A DNA stretch of 25,788 nt from Acidobacteriota bacterium (GTDB lineage: Bacteria; Acidobacteriota; Thermoanaerobaculia; Multivoradales; UBA5704). The notes under the pieces are model-generated. The model saw only the letters and a program-made list of their open reading frames with translations. It was not told the DNA's origin and searched no databases. Shown piece by piece: positions 25,676-25,788 of the stretch (position 1 is the stretch's first letter; every line of letters starts with the position of its first letter). A program made the translations under genes and the position numbers. The DNA lies in the NCBI GenBank assembly GCA_040005235.1, contig JBDTZG010000072.1:1-25788 (forward strand). The letters run 5' to 3'.

Positions 25676-25759
25676 TTCCCGGGACCGCCGAGCACCAGCT
25701 CGGCACCGAGGCGGCGCAAACGTAAAAGCAGCCGAGCTGGTGCTCGGCGGTCCCGGGAA
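25676..25759 (+). repeat. REP doublet (REPIN-like), family A copy 5, downstream of the RAYT
   Basis: Perfect 29-bp inverted arms 25676-25704 and 25731-25759; the 26-nt spacer differs from copy 4 by one base. Confidence 0.93.
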
Positions 25760-25788
25760 CTACCCTGCCGGCTTTACTCTGGGCGCCT

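Noticed and set aside
15560-25759. True integron with attC sites
   Set aside because: No tyrosine integrase, and the doublets lack RYYYAAC/GTTRRRY ends.

Overview
High-GC bacterial chromosomal window; an Acidobacteriota/Thermoanaerobaculia-like origin is only an impression from gene content. The left ~15.4 kb is mostly housekeeping, transport and signalling: the 3' end of deoC, dedA, a minimal zincin, a 2TM K+ channel with tandem RCK domains, an RHH/PIN toxin-antitoxin pair, a GldA/GldF/GldG-like ABC operon plus a DUF4340-like gene, a repeat-rich convergent intergenic region, two APC amino-acid permeases, and a FIST gene coupled to a PAS-GGDEF-EAL gene. The right ~10 kb is an accessory region punctuated by five copies of one ~84-94 bp REP doublet (REPIN-like), two of which flank a REP-associated tyrosine transposase (RAYT). 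Between the doublets lie a Phd/VapC TA pair, an internally deleted VIT1/CCC1 pseudogene, a NarL regulator coupled to an unusual histidine kinase (N-terminal HisKA_3-HATPase, then a TM helix and a TPR tail like those of Hanks-type Ser/Thr kinases), an orphan phage-like initiator plus DnaC-like loader with an ori-like tract, and small hypothetical genes. The most unexplained signal is a ~280 bp non-coding array of degenerate 13-bp palindromes (GATAGC-N-GCTATC) phased at 20/20/21 bp, upstream of a small basic helical protein gene. All family calls rest on motif recognition; no searches were run.
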